The notes: generated by a model not told the origin, from the letters alone. Shown: positions 36,752 through 53,136, counted from the first letter of the whole stretch. The stretch: 63,928 bases of DNA, filler included, from Calcarisporiella thermophila CBS 279.70 (GCF_041956535.1; 11 parts of 11 records of this genome joined end to end with filler, not necessarily neighbours in it); one strand, 5' to 3'. Numbers and translations are program-made.

Positions 36752-38481
36752 ATGGCCTCCGTACTTCAAAACACCACAAGCGGTAAGTATAGATTTAGGC
36801 CCATATTTTTTTTGACAACCTTTATTCTCGTCTATGACGTAATATCACACATCAAGAATTACCTGAGGGATTCTGACATTTTTTCTGTCCTAGCTATAAT
36901 GACAACCACAGCAGAGCCATCATCGACGTCATCTGCACCTAAGTTTGAAAAATCTGGACTAGCACCATTGCCTACTATTGATCAAACACCTACTCGCTTT
37001 CTTGCCGCATGTTCAAATCTAGAGCTAGAGCCAAATCCATTCGAACAAAGCTTTTCAGGTTTAGCCACTGGTGATGAAAAGAACAATGGGAACTTGGGAG
37101 GAATTTCTGTGAATGCTAATGGTACAGTCGCCCCTCCAACAAAGATTGAGCTACCTTCTCCAATTGCTGACCTTGCAAATCAAACAAACGCGAGCCCACG
37201 ACCAATTTTGCCTCCAGTAGCATCAATTGCCAGCCCCTCTGCCCCATTATCAACTGGCTCTTTTTCCAATTGGGACAGTTTACGCACCGGTCCCCTCTCT
37301 CCATCTATGCTCCAAGGTCCTCAAAACCCCGGAGATTTTACACTTGGACGCCTGAGTGGTACACCAACTGGTGGGAGTTTTCCATTTCAGCCATCGGCGC
37401 TTGCTACATTCCTCGGCAATCCCAACTCTCCTGGTGGAGGGGTGGCACTACTGAATAACGTGGCTGCTTTCAACGGGCGTTACACTGGCACTTTTTTAAA
37501 TGCCCCACCTGGTGCAGCACATTCCATGCCAGCTGCTGTTCGCCCATCTGCACCTATTGCTCTGCCTGTGGCTCAATCTACCTCTTCTTCACAGCCTCCT
37601 GCATCTATTCCACATTCTTCAGTTGTTGTACAGCAGAATCTTCCTGCAGGAGGGACACATAGTTATCACCCTGCTACCTCTAAAGCCGCATCAGGGCCCC
37701 GGTTGAAAACATCAGCAGCAGACAAGGACACCCGAGCACGTAGTGACAGTCTTTCTTCTAGCGTTTACTCCAATCTGGGATCGCCTACTATGTCCCAGAT
37801 TGGCCTTACAATATCTGAGTGGGACCGCGGAAAAGCTGCGGGAGAAGATGGGATGTTGGCTGGTTTGCCTTCCTCATCACTATCCACCGACGACAAAGAT
37901 AACCATAGGAAAAGAAGAAAAACTTCAAAAGACTCTAGCGCTGGAGATGATGGCAGCAATGATAGGCAAGATGGAATTAAAGGAGAAAAACCTCGAAGAA
38001 AAGGCAAAATTAGGAGTTCAAAGGATATAGAAGACGAAGACAAACGCAAGGATTTTCTGGAGCGAAATCGTCAAGGTATACTAATGTTTATTCTCTTTTC
38101 ATTGTGTTGTTATTACGAATGTAGAGCTTACTCCTCATTATGCTATTTTTAGCTGCACTTAAGTGTCGTCAGCGGAAGAAACAGTGGCTAGCCAACCTTC
38201 AAAGTAATTTGGAGATGCTGACAGAACAAAATAACCAGCTACAAAAACAGACCGCAGTGCTCCAAGAAGAACTCTCAAAACTGCGGAACATACTTATGGT
38301 ACATAAGGACTGTCCTTTAGGTGTGGCAGCATCTGCCATACATGGAGCGTCTGGTTCTACTACAATTGGAACATTATTGATGAATGGCGGTAGAGGATTT
38401 TCTGCAGGGGTTGGGATCGCTGCTGGTGCAAATGGGATCTCGACTGGTGAGGGAGCGTCACAAGGATTAAATGGGCGGTAG
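36752..38481 (+). CDS. atf1: Atf1/AtfA-type bZIP transcription factor (3 exons)
   Basis: LELEPNPFEQSF, LPPVASIASP, SLRTGPLSPSML motifs; bZIP KRKDFLERNRQ/AALKCRQRKKQWLANLQ; introns ~36783-36893 and ~38076-38152. Confidence 0.9.
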
Positions 38482-39008
38482 TGTTTCTTGTTGGTTGTTT
38501 TGCTTATATACTATATTTTAGAATATCTGACGAGTTGGTATGTGTATTATTTCTCTTTCCTTCTCCCCGTGATTACTGTACTGTAAAATGCGAGAAACAT
38601 TTTTTCTTTTTCTCTTTTCCTTTCTTTTTTTTTTTTACTTTTATTTTTTCTTATCTATTTGCACACATACATATATCTTTTAGTAACGTATTTTTAAAAG
38701 TTTTCCCTCTTCCCGTTTATTTCTTTTTTATTTTTCGAGCGGGAACTGTATGATCAATCAATCACCCCCTATTCTACCATTCATTGTCACATGCGCCATG
38801 TATTCTCTGGTGTCAAAGAAAAAATATGGTCCCTTGGATGGGTTACCTTTTATTCTTCCACCTGAGCGACTTTTTTAAATTGTGTGTTTACTCTCCCATC
38901 TTTTTCCAACTCCTAGGCTGCTTACCTAATTTAACCCCCTAACTTACAAAAGCATCAAAATATCTTGTCTTCTCTCAAAATAAATAATAACAACTCGCAA
39001 ATGCTTAT

Positions 39009-41052
39009 TTATTTGGGAAGCATTTTGTATGGGTTCAGGATACCCTTTGGATCCAAGATTCCCTTTAGCTGTTTCATCAACGCAATCGTGGTATCGCTCT
39101 TGGAGTAATGCAGATGGGCAGCCTTCATGAGACCTACTCCGTGCTCCGCCGAAATCGATCCTTTGTGTTTGGCTAAGTAAAATAGTGAGGTTAAAGGTGT
39201 GAGAAATTTTCAACTGGGTAAACAAGAGGCCGTGCGCACCTGTCCACTCATATACGAAAGGTTCCACAATATTGGTCACTTTCTCACAAAATTTCTCTCC
39301 AACCACATTCAAGTGCAGATTCCCATCTCCAACATGCCCATAACCTACCACTCCCTTAACTAGATTTTTATGCGGCGATTTCTCAACCTCCTTCCTCATA
39401 TCTTCTACCATTTGATAGAATACGGGTACGGGCATAGAGATATCATATTTGTATGTTGCTCCCGCCTTGGCACATGCTTCCGGAAGCCCCTCGCGAATCG
39501 ACCACAAATTTTGGATTTGGGTTGTATCTTGGGCAAGAACGCCGTCTTGTACGAGGGAGTTTTCGAGAATATTTTCGAGGAAATTACTGAGTTTGGCATC
39601 GTCGTGTTCTTTGGAGGAGCCACTGGTTTCGATGAGAACATAAAAGGGATATTCGCTCTCAAGAGGATACCGTGCACCTTGTACAAGGTGAGATTTAACT
39701 AGGGAAAGAGCTTCTTGGTCCCAAAATTCAAAGGCTATTCCATTGGAGGAGATGGCAATGTTAGAAATGGAATGTCGTTATGAGAGCATAAAGGAGAATA
39801 ATTACCGCTTAAGATTTCAGAAAGTTCATCCTTAGCTTGCAAATATGTCTTTTGTACATCCTCGAACGAATTCAACCCAAGGAACGCTACGTTGACAGCC
39901 TTGATTATCAGCAAAAGAGAGATATTGTTCAATATATAATCAATAAAACTTGTAAGACATATAATGATATAGCTTCATATACCTTCGGCCTCTTCGGTGT
40001 CAAAATCGAGACCCCCGTAATTATGCCCAAAGTGCCTTCTGATCCGATAAACAACTGCTTTAAATCATATCCTATTCGAATCAAACGCAGATTAGACAAG
40101 GGCTAGGTGCAAAAGGTGAAAATAATTCTACCAGTATTGTCTTTTCTCAATGTTGACAGGTTATCTAGTACTGTTCCATCTGGCAAGACAACTTCCAACC
40201 CCAGAACTGTTCCGTGCAATGACCCATATCGCAACAACCTTAGTCCTCCCGCATTCGTAGCCACATTTCCTCCTATGTGACAACTGCCCTTCGCGCCCAG
40301 ATCAATTGGCATAATGTATCCTTTTTCTGCAAGATAGTTGTCTAAATTCTCTAGTACACAACCTGCATCGCAAACCAGGGCGCCAGAAATAGCATCAAAA
40401 CTGCGAATTTGGGAAAGATTTGACATGGAAATTATCACTTCATCAAAAACAGGTACGGAACCACCAACAAGCCCTGTATTTCCACCCTGAGGCACTACTG
40501 CAATGCTAATAATATAGTCGATATATAGGTATAATTATACCACTTACAATATTCCTTTGATACTCACTTATTATCGTTGCAGTATTTGATGATCTGTGAG
40601 ACTTGCTTAGTAGTCTTAGGGCGCAACACAGCCTGGGACTGTCCACGGTATTTGCGCATCCAATCCATATTAAAGGCTTCAACCTCATCATCATTTACCA
40701 AAACATTGCTCTCGGTCAACACAGAGCGAAAGAATGCCAAATCTTGGTCATCTAACTTTATTGTGAATCATGTCAACAGTAAATTGATGCTCAAAAATTT
40801 CATAAAGTAATATTAAACATATACCTTTTTAAACTGAGGATTACGAGTAAAACCGGGATATTTATCAGCTGTGAATGGAATCTGGCCTCGAGATTGCAAA
40901 GATGTTGCACCAGTGGCCTGAATTATAGCCCCTTTGTGTAGAAAACGAGACGGAATGCCAGCTACTGGTCGTAACAAGCATAGTGTAGGAGTAAGTAAAT
41001 TACGCCTTGGTATCGATGTCTCTAATAAACGACAAATGGATCGACGATACAT
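39009..41052 (-). CDS. DLD2: mitochondrial FAD-linked D-lactate/D-2-hydroxyglutarate dehydrogenase
   Basis: Arg-rich presequence; [50 protein letters not shown]. Confidence 0.9.
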
Positions 41053-41739
41053 GTTCAACTATTTTTCAAATGAGTTAGATAATGTCATCCTAGATATTTG
41101 CCAGGTGTGACTGTTTTTTTATCAACGAGTATTTGTATTGATAAGATACCAACTACATTAATATAGATTTTGTATGATATACTTAGTCATAAAGTGATCA
41201 TTAAAGAAAAACAAAGCTAAAAGATAAAGTGAATTCTTTTTTCATCGTAAAGATGTTGAAAATTTGGAAAATTGTCTATAATATTAACTTATATTTTAAA
41301 TATTCTGAGCGAACACCAAATTTTAGCAAGTTATAATCCCCCACCTCCCTAAGCAAAGTCGTTTAGCCAAATAATAAGACTCATACTTCTTCATAATATG
41401 ACTATATTATAGTCTCGTTTGCAATTTCTGATATATGTATGCTGGAATCTCTCGATTTTTTCTCGAGGGTGAAAGAAGATATTACTAAGTAGTCAACTCA
41501 CAAAGATTGGGCTGTAGCCCGTACTTACAACACTATTTTAATTCAAAGTTGTCAACTACATGTCTGCAAAGAGTTAAACGAAAGAGTTCGAATGTCCCCA
41601 CATTCAAATTCAACATGGGCTTTGAATACTGCGCCACTAAACACAATGATTTCAATCCATAAACCTTTATTCATTTTTTTCCTCAGTACACAGGACAAAG
41701 GCGTGAGACGTGACTTCCTTTCTTGTTTACCTGATCGTC

Positions 41740-43613
<1,874 letters not shown>

Positions 43614-44637
43614 CTTAACATTGTTTGGCTTACGTTCGCTTGTATGGATAAATAAACCATTCTATTCATTTTGCTGGTACTGACAAAATCCTCCGAATAT
43701 ACGCCTAAAAATTCAAGCCTGTTAGAGATAGCTTAAACCGAGGCTCAATTAATTATTTCATCTTCAGTTTGACTACCCCTAACTCTGCACATTATGATTT
43801 ATATAGTTTTTTATGAGAGACATATGTTTATTTTCATATCCTATTGGACTTTTTGTTCAGTATCTTGGAACAGTGGAGTTTAGCCAAGTTATCAAGTAAT
43901 GTATAGGCATAAGAACGGTTGAAGCTAAGAGATTAACGGGGTATCGTGGAATGAGAAAGGTGAAGCTTTTCAATAACCTTATTCTTCGAGCTCAGCCTCA
44001 AGTTAAGGGGAGACTATCTTGCAAGGTGTTATATTATTTGCACGTTTTCAAGGGGGTTTATATTAATACTACTCTACGAGACAATATCAGCAATTTTACC
44101 CTGGATTATTTACAGAGTTCTATTGTAAAGAAGATCATATAAAGAGAGTATAAAGTAAACAATGCAGGTTCATATACGCTCAGTAGGAAATATTCTCGAA
44201 GGTGTCCCCTCTAATCATTTCATAGCGCTCGAACGAGTAGTGATTACATGTAAGCTGGTATAGCCTCCAGGAAGCCTAATTCAGAGCCATTTATTATTTT
44301 AGAACTTTCCGGATAATAATTTGATCCACATATTTTTAGGACTGCTTTATTAAAAATGGGAGATTTTGCAGCATTGTGCTCATCATTGCAAATTTAAACC
44401 CAAGGATAAGGGACTCCAGCGCTAGTATAAACTCAGAATTTGTGGGACCTGCTAAAAATGCAGAGCTAATTTGGCATCTACTTTTCTCATCTCTAACACT
44501 CATTCTTTCAAATCACGTAATCTTTTCTCTAAAGCCCAATACCTTCTTTTCTTCCCGCGTTTCTCTTCTTTTCTTATTCTCTCCTTCTCGTGTTGATTCC
44601 CTTCATTTCCTCTATTTTGGCCTAATCATCTTGAGTT

Positions 44638-46658
44638 ATGAAGGCGGAGCAGATCAATGGCCCTGTATTAAATCCATGCACTGGATGGGAAGAAGAGGAA
44701 TATCGTGTGTTAGGTGACGAAGAGTCTGTAGTAGTACCTCTTAATAAAGGTAAGCGTTCAATATATACACACAAGATTCAAAAAGGAGTTTAATTTGGCT
44801 AGGTCATTTAGAAAATTCCAATGTCCTGAATCATGATGGATTGGATAGTATTCAACTTGATGATTCTCAGCTGATTGCCCACGAAACACAAAGTAAACCC
44901 CGTCCTCTAAGTATGCTTCAAGAAGTGGATCTTTCCTTGGATGATGATCCTCAATTTGCCGAATCTCCTACTTCCGAATCGCCAAGTACAGTTGGCCGAT
45001 CCTTTTCTATCGACCGGTCCTCTACTATTTCACAGTCGACAATTGAATCACGTCCACGCGAAGGCTCACTATTTTCACGCGCTGGAGGCACACTTCGCTC
45101 GACATTCTCATCTTTTGCCTCTACATATTCGGGAGATGATATTTTATTGGCGCGATTAGAGGCACAAAACCAGGAGTTGAAAAAGGATCCAAAACACAAG
45201 CGCATAACTCAGTTAACTCGAGAAAATGTAAGAACAAGTTTTTTGCAACTACAAGTGGAGACCGCGCAAAGAGGCTCCATAGAAGAAATTGATTGGGGTA
45301 CGTTTTCAATCAAATCAATTATAGAAATATCTCTGTTAACCATTATTATTTTGGAAATACATATAGATTTCTGGGAATTAGTGGTATCCGACTTTGAATC
45401 CATCTCTAGGACGCAAACAAAGAAGCTTTCTGATGCCATCCAAGAAGGCGTCCCTTCAATACTTCGCGGCATGATTTGGAAACTCTTCGCAAGATCAAAG
45501 GAACCCGAACTAGAGATGGGTTACGCTGAGCTTATCAAACAGCAAAGCCCTTTCGAAAAAATTATCACGCGTGAACTTGAACTGTTCTACCCTACTCAAG
45601 ATTATTTCAAAGAAAAAAATGGGAATGGACAACGCGCTCTATTTAATTTACTAAGTGCATACTCATTGATCGATGATGAAGTTGGATATTCGCGAGGAAT
45701 AGGTTTTATTGCGGGGTTGTTGTTACTCGTGCTTTCGGAAGAGGAAGCATTTTGTTTACTTTCGCGTTTGATGAAAGAATATGACCTGCGTTCTCATTTT
45801 ACAACACATATGGACGGGCTCCAACAGCGACTTTTTCAGTTCGAGCATCTTATGGAAGAACAGCTTACGCGTATCCATCGTCATCTGACCCGCCTAGGCA
45901 TAAAACCTGAAATGTATGCTCTTCAATGGCTCATGACGTTGTTCGCTGATGTGTTTCCTCTCTCGCACGTCTATCGCATTTTTGATGTGGTGATTGCTGA
46001 AGGGCTTGATGCAGTGTTTCGATTTGCATTGGCAATATTGAAGAGGAGCGAAATTGAAATTTTAGGGATGGAATTTGAACAGGCTATTGCATATTTAAAG
46101 GGAGGTTTCTGCAACATATTTAAGGATCCGGACGACTTCATCCAGGAAGCCTATAGCTTCCGCATTACACCCAAGGATCTCCTCCGATTTTCAAAAGCCT
46201 ATCAGGCTTATGCACAGCGCGCTGCCTCCGAGAATCAAGCTATTGAGTCGCTCCGAATTGCCAATGCCCAACTCTCAGCTCATGTGAAAAATCTTGAGGG
46301 GAGTCTTGCAAAACTTAATCGCGAACATTGTGATCTAGCCAATATGCTCATATCGGCTAAAATGGAGCTTGCAAGTGTACAAGAGCGGCGAAGCAATCTT
46401 AGACAACAAGTATCTGAATTGACGCGACGAATTGAAGAGATGCCTGCTGAGTTGGATGCCGAGTTTCGTGGAGAAATCCAGAACCTTGCTCAAAAAAACG
46501 CAGATTTAGTCGGCCAAAATTGCGCACTGGAAACTCAACTCAATGAGATGGAGTCGATGTTGATTGATACACGCGTGCGCTTTGCAGAGTCAGAGAGCGA
46601 GCGCGAGTTGTTACGCAGACGCTTAGGTGATATGCGAAGAGCGCTAGGAGTAGCATAA
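44638..46658 (+). CDS. TBC-domain Rab GTPase-activating protein (Gyp5/EVI5-like)
   Basis: GVPSILRGMIW, VGYSRGIGF, YALQWLMTLF, C-terminal coiled coil; introns ~44750-44802 and ~45298-45367. Confidence 0.88.
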
Positions 46659-46973
46659 GCCTGTCTACGCGGCGAAAACGGATTAGAGTATTTACCTCTA
46701 TCTAAAATTCTCTGCCCCTTTTTGATTTATTTTATTTAGCGGATTAGTTCTTAGTTGACTAATAATTCCTTTTTTGAATATTTTTGTTTGCCATTTATTG
46801 CTTAAATTTATTGTATTTCTTAACGCCTTTTTTTCTTCCTGTGAATAATTCATTATAGCTTTCTAATTGATAAAATGGATGGTCTGACAATTCCTCTTAG
46901 TGGCTTGGATTCTTCACCTCTTTCTAGGTTGATTTGGCACAAATATTTCGAAGTGGTTTTCTTGCATTGGAAA

Positions 46974-48543
46974 ATGGTCAAACCGAGTAACCGACTAGAA
47001 ACATGGGGAAATGAGAGTACGATGAATATGAATGCGATCATACATACTAATGTGCTGGCTTCACCTTATTTTAAGAGCTTGTAGTAAGTGTTAATGGTGA
47101 TGATTTAGCCCGATCTTCTATTGACTTTTTTTATAGCGAAAAGAAAACGTATCATGAAGTAATTGATGAAATTTATAATCAAGGTAAGCAGAGATGACTT
47201 CCACATGCTCTTCTTGGACTCGTTCCAATCCGATTTACCTAACTCGCATTTATATTTATTTCTCTTCGTGAACAGTTGCTTCGCTGGGTATGTAGTAAGT
47301 TCTTATTTCACCTTGGTTTGATCGGCGAATATTAGATGATGATTTAGTGCTGAATTCACTAAATTCTTCGCCACAGATCCTTTTGTGAAAGGCACAACTG
47401 CTTCAACTGCATTCTGTCTACTCTACAAGCTCTGGACACTCCGCTTGACAGTAAAGCAAGTGCAGGGCCTTCTTGATCATCCTGATTCTCCGTAATTTAT
47501 CATTTCGACTGTTGTTTTTCCATGGTCTATACTCATCATCTCGTGCTGCTTTAGACATATTCGTGGGCTTGGTTTTCTCTATCTTCGTTATGTATGTAAG
47601 CCGCAGAACTTGTGGGATTGGTTTAGCGGATATTTGAACGATGAAGAAGAAATACAACTTACCAAGGGACCCAATCCGAAAATAATGTAAGTAAACGGTA
47701 TTTTCTCATTTTTGTCTGTGTGCGGAGAAGGATAGAGGGGTTACCATTTGTTTGCTATCATTTTGCGTGCCCCACTTTTCCTATTCGCTACTCAACTCTG
47801 AGCCACAAAGGAGTGAAATACACATTTCTAATATTGTGGTATTTTGCGGGAGCCCATGGAGTGAGTGAAGCTGTGATATAACTCCACCTACGTTTGTCCA
47901 AACAAGCTTCTCTGACATTAACCAACTAATCTGTCACTTTTTTTTTTCGTTAGTACTATTGGAAAACTCTGTCATATGCTGTTGACAGAGCAAAAGTTCC
48001 TTGGAACTATGCTTCCCCGGATTCCGGTTCCTGTTGCGAAAGAAATTGAACAGCAGATGCAAGAGCATAGTCGTCAAAATAGGTTCGATAGTCTTTACAT
48101 AAATCATAGTTAAATTATTCCGTTCTAATTTACTGATATTCAACAGGACATCTTCCGCTTCCAAAGATAAAGCTTACGATGATAGAAGACATAGAAACTA
48201 TGACGATGAAAGTGACAGGCATTTTGCTCGACGAAATTCTCGCTCGCTTTCTCCCCGCTCTCCTCGTTTTCGTCGGGATGACTCTTATTCATACCGGGAT
48301 AGAGAGGAATCGCGCCGTAATCGCCGGTATAGCCGCAGTCGCAGCCACAGTCGAGAGCGATATCGCCGAGATGACCGTAGCCGCAGCCGTAGTCGAGATC
48401 GGCATTCCCGTTATCGGAGCGAAAGGCGCTCTTATGATGATGCCAAAGAACGTCGTCGGGAAGAACGGTATCGGCATGATTATGAATCAACTAGCAGGAG
48501 AGACTATGGGAGGAATGGGGACAAAGAAGAAGGAGAATTGTAG
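46974..48543 (+). CDS. PRP38-family (PRPF38B-like) splicing factor with RS-rich tail
   Basis: WGNESTMNMN..LASPYFK, GFLYLRYV, MLPRIPVP, then an RS/RD-rich C-terminus. Confidence 0.85.
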
Positions 48544-48875
48544 CCTATATTAATCTACACTAGAAGCACGAGAGTCATTGGGTGTGCCCACTATGTTATC
48601 ACAAAACTCATGCACTTACGGATTTTACAGATGTTTCACACCTCGGAAAATAAAAACGAGTTCTTTTTTTAAGTGTACTATTTTAACAAATAAATTCATT
48701 GTTTTATTATAATCGATCAGAAACTGGCGCGTTGAGGCAAAAGTAAAACGGTTAAGATCCTTTAATGATAAAAATCGTGAGAAATGATTAAGCTTTTAGC
48801 CAAAGCAGAAAATATAAATAAGTTTATGGGAAGATTCTAGTTGTTAATATACGCATTGAATAAACAATTAGCAAT

Positions 48876-49886
48876 ATGTCTGAATTGCAAGTCATTGGTG
48901 CAAGGTATTGTACGTCGGGTAGACTCTCAGTGCAAGATGAAGTTTTGCCTCTTCTCAATGTCAATAGGCTAACCAAGGCTTGTCAATTCACCACCCTAGC
49001 TTCGGCCGTACTGGGACTAAGAGTTTGAAAAAGGCTCTCAATATCCTTGGATTCGGTCCTACACATCATATGTCGGTTTTATCTCCTACTGAAATTGATG
49101 AGTTTGCTCGTGTTTACGATGGAGAGCCTGCAGACTGGGACCGCCTTCTATCTGGATACCGTTCGTGTGTGGACTGGCCAACAACTTCATTCTATGAAGA
49201 ATTAATTAGACAGAATCCCAAGGCAAAAGTTATTTTGACGGTAAGGGACTCGCCTCTATTATGGTAAACATATAATTGTCAGACATGAATGGTTAGAAAT
49301 GACAATTTGATATATCGTTATTGCGTTGTCTGGCGTTGAAGGTATCAAAGCGTGATTTCGACCATCTTCTACTTCACTCTACGTCCATTCCCCTACAAAT
49401 ATATATACCCCTGGATGTACTATCACTATTATGAGGGAAGATTCGGATTAATGCCCTACCATATCAACCAGCATGATTTTGGAGGTCGCGTGGGAGATCA
49501 GCAGTTTGCAATCTCAATGTATAATGAACGAATGCAGAAGGTTAAGCAGCTGGTACCCCCCGAGCAACTACTAATATTTAATGTAGTTATATTTTCTACG
49601 TTGTCCACTTTCCGAAATTCTTACTCAACACACTCGTCTTTTCCTTTCTTTCTCTCCTCTTTCTTTTTTTTTTGATTTATAGGTCAAACAAGGGTGGGAG
49701 CCGCTATGCAAATTTCTTGGAGTTCCGGTACCCGATCAGCCTTTCCCCCACGACAATGAAAGGGCTATTTTACAATCTCGCAATAGGCGGATGAAGAGAT
49801 GCATGGACATCTTTATCATCGGAACCCTGGCTTGCAGCCTGGTGGCGATGTGGTGTGTGTCGAAGCAAATTTTGTGGGTTCATTAA
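48876..49886 (+). CDS. sulfotransferase-like P-loop protein, paralogue 1
   Basis: VIGASFGRTGTKSL..LGFGPTHHM, CVDWP, AKVILTVRD, QGWEPLCKFLG, hydrophobic C-terminus; 4 exons. Confidence 0.85.
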
Positions 49887-50625
49887 TCCCTTTATTTCCT
49901 TTCATTCTATAAGCTTTCGCCCCATTCATCAAGAGCCCTAAATATAAGTTGCGGGATGGTGCGTTCATTTCTATTAAGTGCGGAATTCACGAGTCTTTCT
50001 ATTTGCTAGCCTTTTGGAGCATTAACTCTGTAAGGTTTCCAGAACTTCATGGCCATACTAGTACGTATAAGCTACACTTAGAGTCCCGTTGAAACTATTC
50101 ATTCATTTCAAATAAATTATTTCATTGATCTTTCTGTTATTAAAATACCAAATATAAACCCTAAGGCCACAATTTTCAAAAATGAGAGCATGTGCTCTTA
50201 GAATTGCAACGCCAGCTGCCATTTTAGTCATCACAAAAGAAGCTTGATATTAGTGAGTGCTAACTTCCATCCCCCATGTATCATCCAATTAATAAAGTTT
50301 ACAATAGATAATTTTGTTCACTTAGTTTTAACCTTTTTTATTAGCTCTTAAAACTAGTCCTAAATTTGGCGCTCCCTATGACTGAGCCTCTAACGCCTAG
50401 TCAATCGTATAAATTGATTCTAACTCTACGTATGGGAAAAGTGTTCGACTCTTCACCTAGATAATATACAACGTTTCTCTGGATCCCCATTACGGGGACT
50501 CTTATAAAACCGAAAATCAGCACTGGAAATTCACATAAAAGAGTAGGCTATAGCGCAAACTCATGATTTATTTTTCATTCTGTAATCGCCTAACTTGATG
50601 ACAGGTATTTGAACGTCAAGAAAAG

Positions 50626-51575
50626 ATGGCACCACTACAAGTGATTGGTGCGGGGTAATCTATTATATGTGACAGGCGGCTTGTAAGAGCAGAATAATTT
50701 ATCAACGTGCTCTTCAAAAATGTAGCTTTGGAAGAACAGGCACGCTGTCATTGATGACAGCGTTAGATGAACTAGGATTTGGACCATGTTATCACATGAC
50801 ACATGCGATGGAACGTTCTCATTATCGCGCATTCATTGATGCTTTTGACGGAAAGGATGTGAACTGGGACAAGGTATTTGCAGATTTCTCATCCACAGTC
50901 GATTGGCCTGCTGCCACCTTCTATCGACAGCTTATGGCGAAATACCCTGATGCGAAAGTTATATTAACCGTACGAGATAGCAGTGAGATATGGTGAATAA
51001 ATATGAAACAGCAGTGAAAAAAAAACGCTCAGTTTTATATTGTCTATGGTTTAGGAGTGATAGCATAATAAAAACGATCGCCTGTCTGCGTCCTAACTAC
51101 AATTCTATAATTGATCAGTGTCTATACGGGCTCATATACGGATTCGATCGGTTATTTTATGTAAAGAAGTTTGATCATTGTGTTTTCGATGGGCGTCTAA
51201 AAGACAAAAAACACATTGCTGCTGTCTATGAACGACATTGTGGTGAAGTTAAGCGGATAGTGCCACCAGAAAAACTGCTTATTTTCAATGTAATAATTTT
51301 GTATTCACTGCATCCACGTTTCATACTTCAATGAAATCTCAATATAGGTCAAGGATGGTTGGAAGCCTTTGTGTAGTTTCCTTGGCGTTACCAACATACC
51401 TGATCGTCCATTTCCAAAGAAAAACGACTCAGGCGAATTCAGAGACACGTTTGTCAGCCCGGGGAAGCAAAAAATGAGATGGGTTCAATGGGGACTCTAT
51501 TCGATTCTCGTCGTCACCATAGCTTGCGTTATTAGAATAAGCAAAGATGCAATTTATAGTCGGAGTATATTTTAA
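50626..51575 (+). CDS. sulfotransferase-like P-loop protein, paralogue 2
   Basis: VIGAGFGRTGTLSL..GFGPCYHM, VDWP, AKVILTVRD, DGWKPLCSFLG; same intron positions. Confidence 0.85.
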
Positions 51576-52231
51576 AAGTTTACTTGGAGTAGCTCTGTGA
51601 GCTAAATTATTCCCCGCTCTCTCCCTGACGATCTTCACGAGAAAATAAAATAAAATCAGTTTGGATAAAATTGTGTTTGGCTCAAATGTTGTGAAGAGAC
51701 TTGCACTCCATAATCTCGATTAAATCTAAATTCACTCTCGTTTATATTGATCAGTTTGTCTATTATAATGGTAGGCTTATTGAGTCATTAGAGAAAAGAG
51801 AGGAAGACTTTGCGTGAGTTTGCAATCTGAAAATATGAGCGGTACAAGGAATATATTAAAATTCGACAGTTAGCGAAACGAGATCTGCTCGATCGTAAAT
51901 TATATATTACATAACTACCCTGGAACCCCTTAGCTAGCTCCGACATTTTGTATTATCCCTAGAATAACCCTACATATATTTCGAAAAGCAAAATGGGATA
52001 CTGCCCTGAGTAAGGGCAATTATCCAAAAGATCTTCAAACTGATGCGCTATATCCTAGCTGAATGTTAACAGGGTATGAAGAAAAAAAATGCTTTATTAG
52101 ATTAGCAAGCGTAGTTCAGGGCCATTCCATAATATAAATTAAAGATTTCAAACCTCCACCCTATATAATCCTGAGCTATTTTCTTAATATATCAAACCAG
52201 TTTACTCCCAAAATTCAAATTTAAATAAGAA

Positions 52232-53136
52232 ATGGCCCCTCTAAAAGTGATTGGAGCTGGGTAAGTCAAATTAATGTAAAGTATTCAGGTGTAAACTTTT
52301 CTTATTCGAGTCATATATTCAGCTTTGGTAGGACGGGTACGCTCTCCTTGATGGTTGCGCTTGATATGCTTGGTTTTGGGCCGTGCTACCATATGAACCG
52401 CATCTCACGTGAGCACATTCGAAAATTTCTAAACGCTGCCGATGGTATGGAGATAGACTGGGACGAGCTGTTCAAAGATTTCAACTCTTGCGTCGACTGG
52501 CCCACTGTAGCCTTCTATAAAGAACTAATGATAAAATATCCTCATGCAAAAGTAATATTAACTGTACGCGATTCTCCAGAAAAATGGTAAAAAAGCGAAG
52601 CTTTGCTTTTTCTATCGCTAGACATTGAGCCATGCTTTCCTAATATTAAAATAATAGGTATGAAAGCGCGAGAAGTACAATTTTCAACGTGCCGCTTACA
52701 ACAGTTGCAAACCTTGCTATTTGGCTGAGATTCGGCTCCAACTTTCCAAAAATGATCATCAAAATCGTGTTGGAAGGAACATTTAACTGGCATTTTAAAG
52801 ATAAAGAAAGATCAATTGCCGTATATAATCAACATATCGAGGAAGTTAAACGCGTGGTACCAGAAGAAAGACTTTTAATCTTTAATGTAGGCAATAATCT
52901 AATTTCAATCATTAATTATCCTTACGGCCGGCTCAACTTGTATTTCTATGTAGGTAAAAGAAGGTTGGGTGCCATTATGCAAATTCTTAGATGTTCCTGT
53001 TCCAAAAGAAGCTTTTCCTAGAGTGAACGACAGAGATGCTTTCCGAGCCCGGATAAGACGTGCAGAAGTTGGCATGTTTTTGATTATTTTGACCTCTTTA
53101 TACACGCTCTATTGCTTCTATTGCTATTTCATTTGA
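52232..53136 (+). CDS. sulfotransferase-like P-loop protein, paralogue 3
   Basis: VIGAGFGRTGTLSL..GFGPCYHM, CVDWP, EGWVPLCKFL; same intron positions. Confidence 0.85.

Noticed and set aside
48140-48553. Hydrophobic ORFs 48179-48553, 48140-48490, 48289-48477
   Set aside because: Alternative frames of the RS-repeat exon of the PRP38-family gene.
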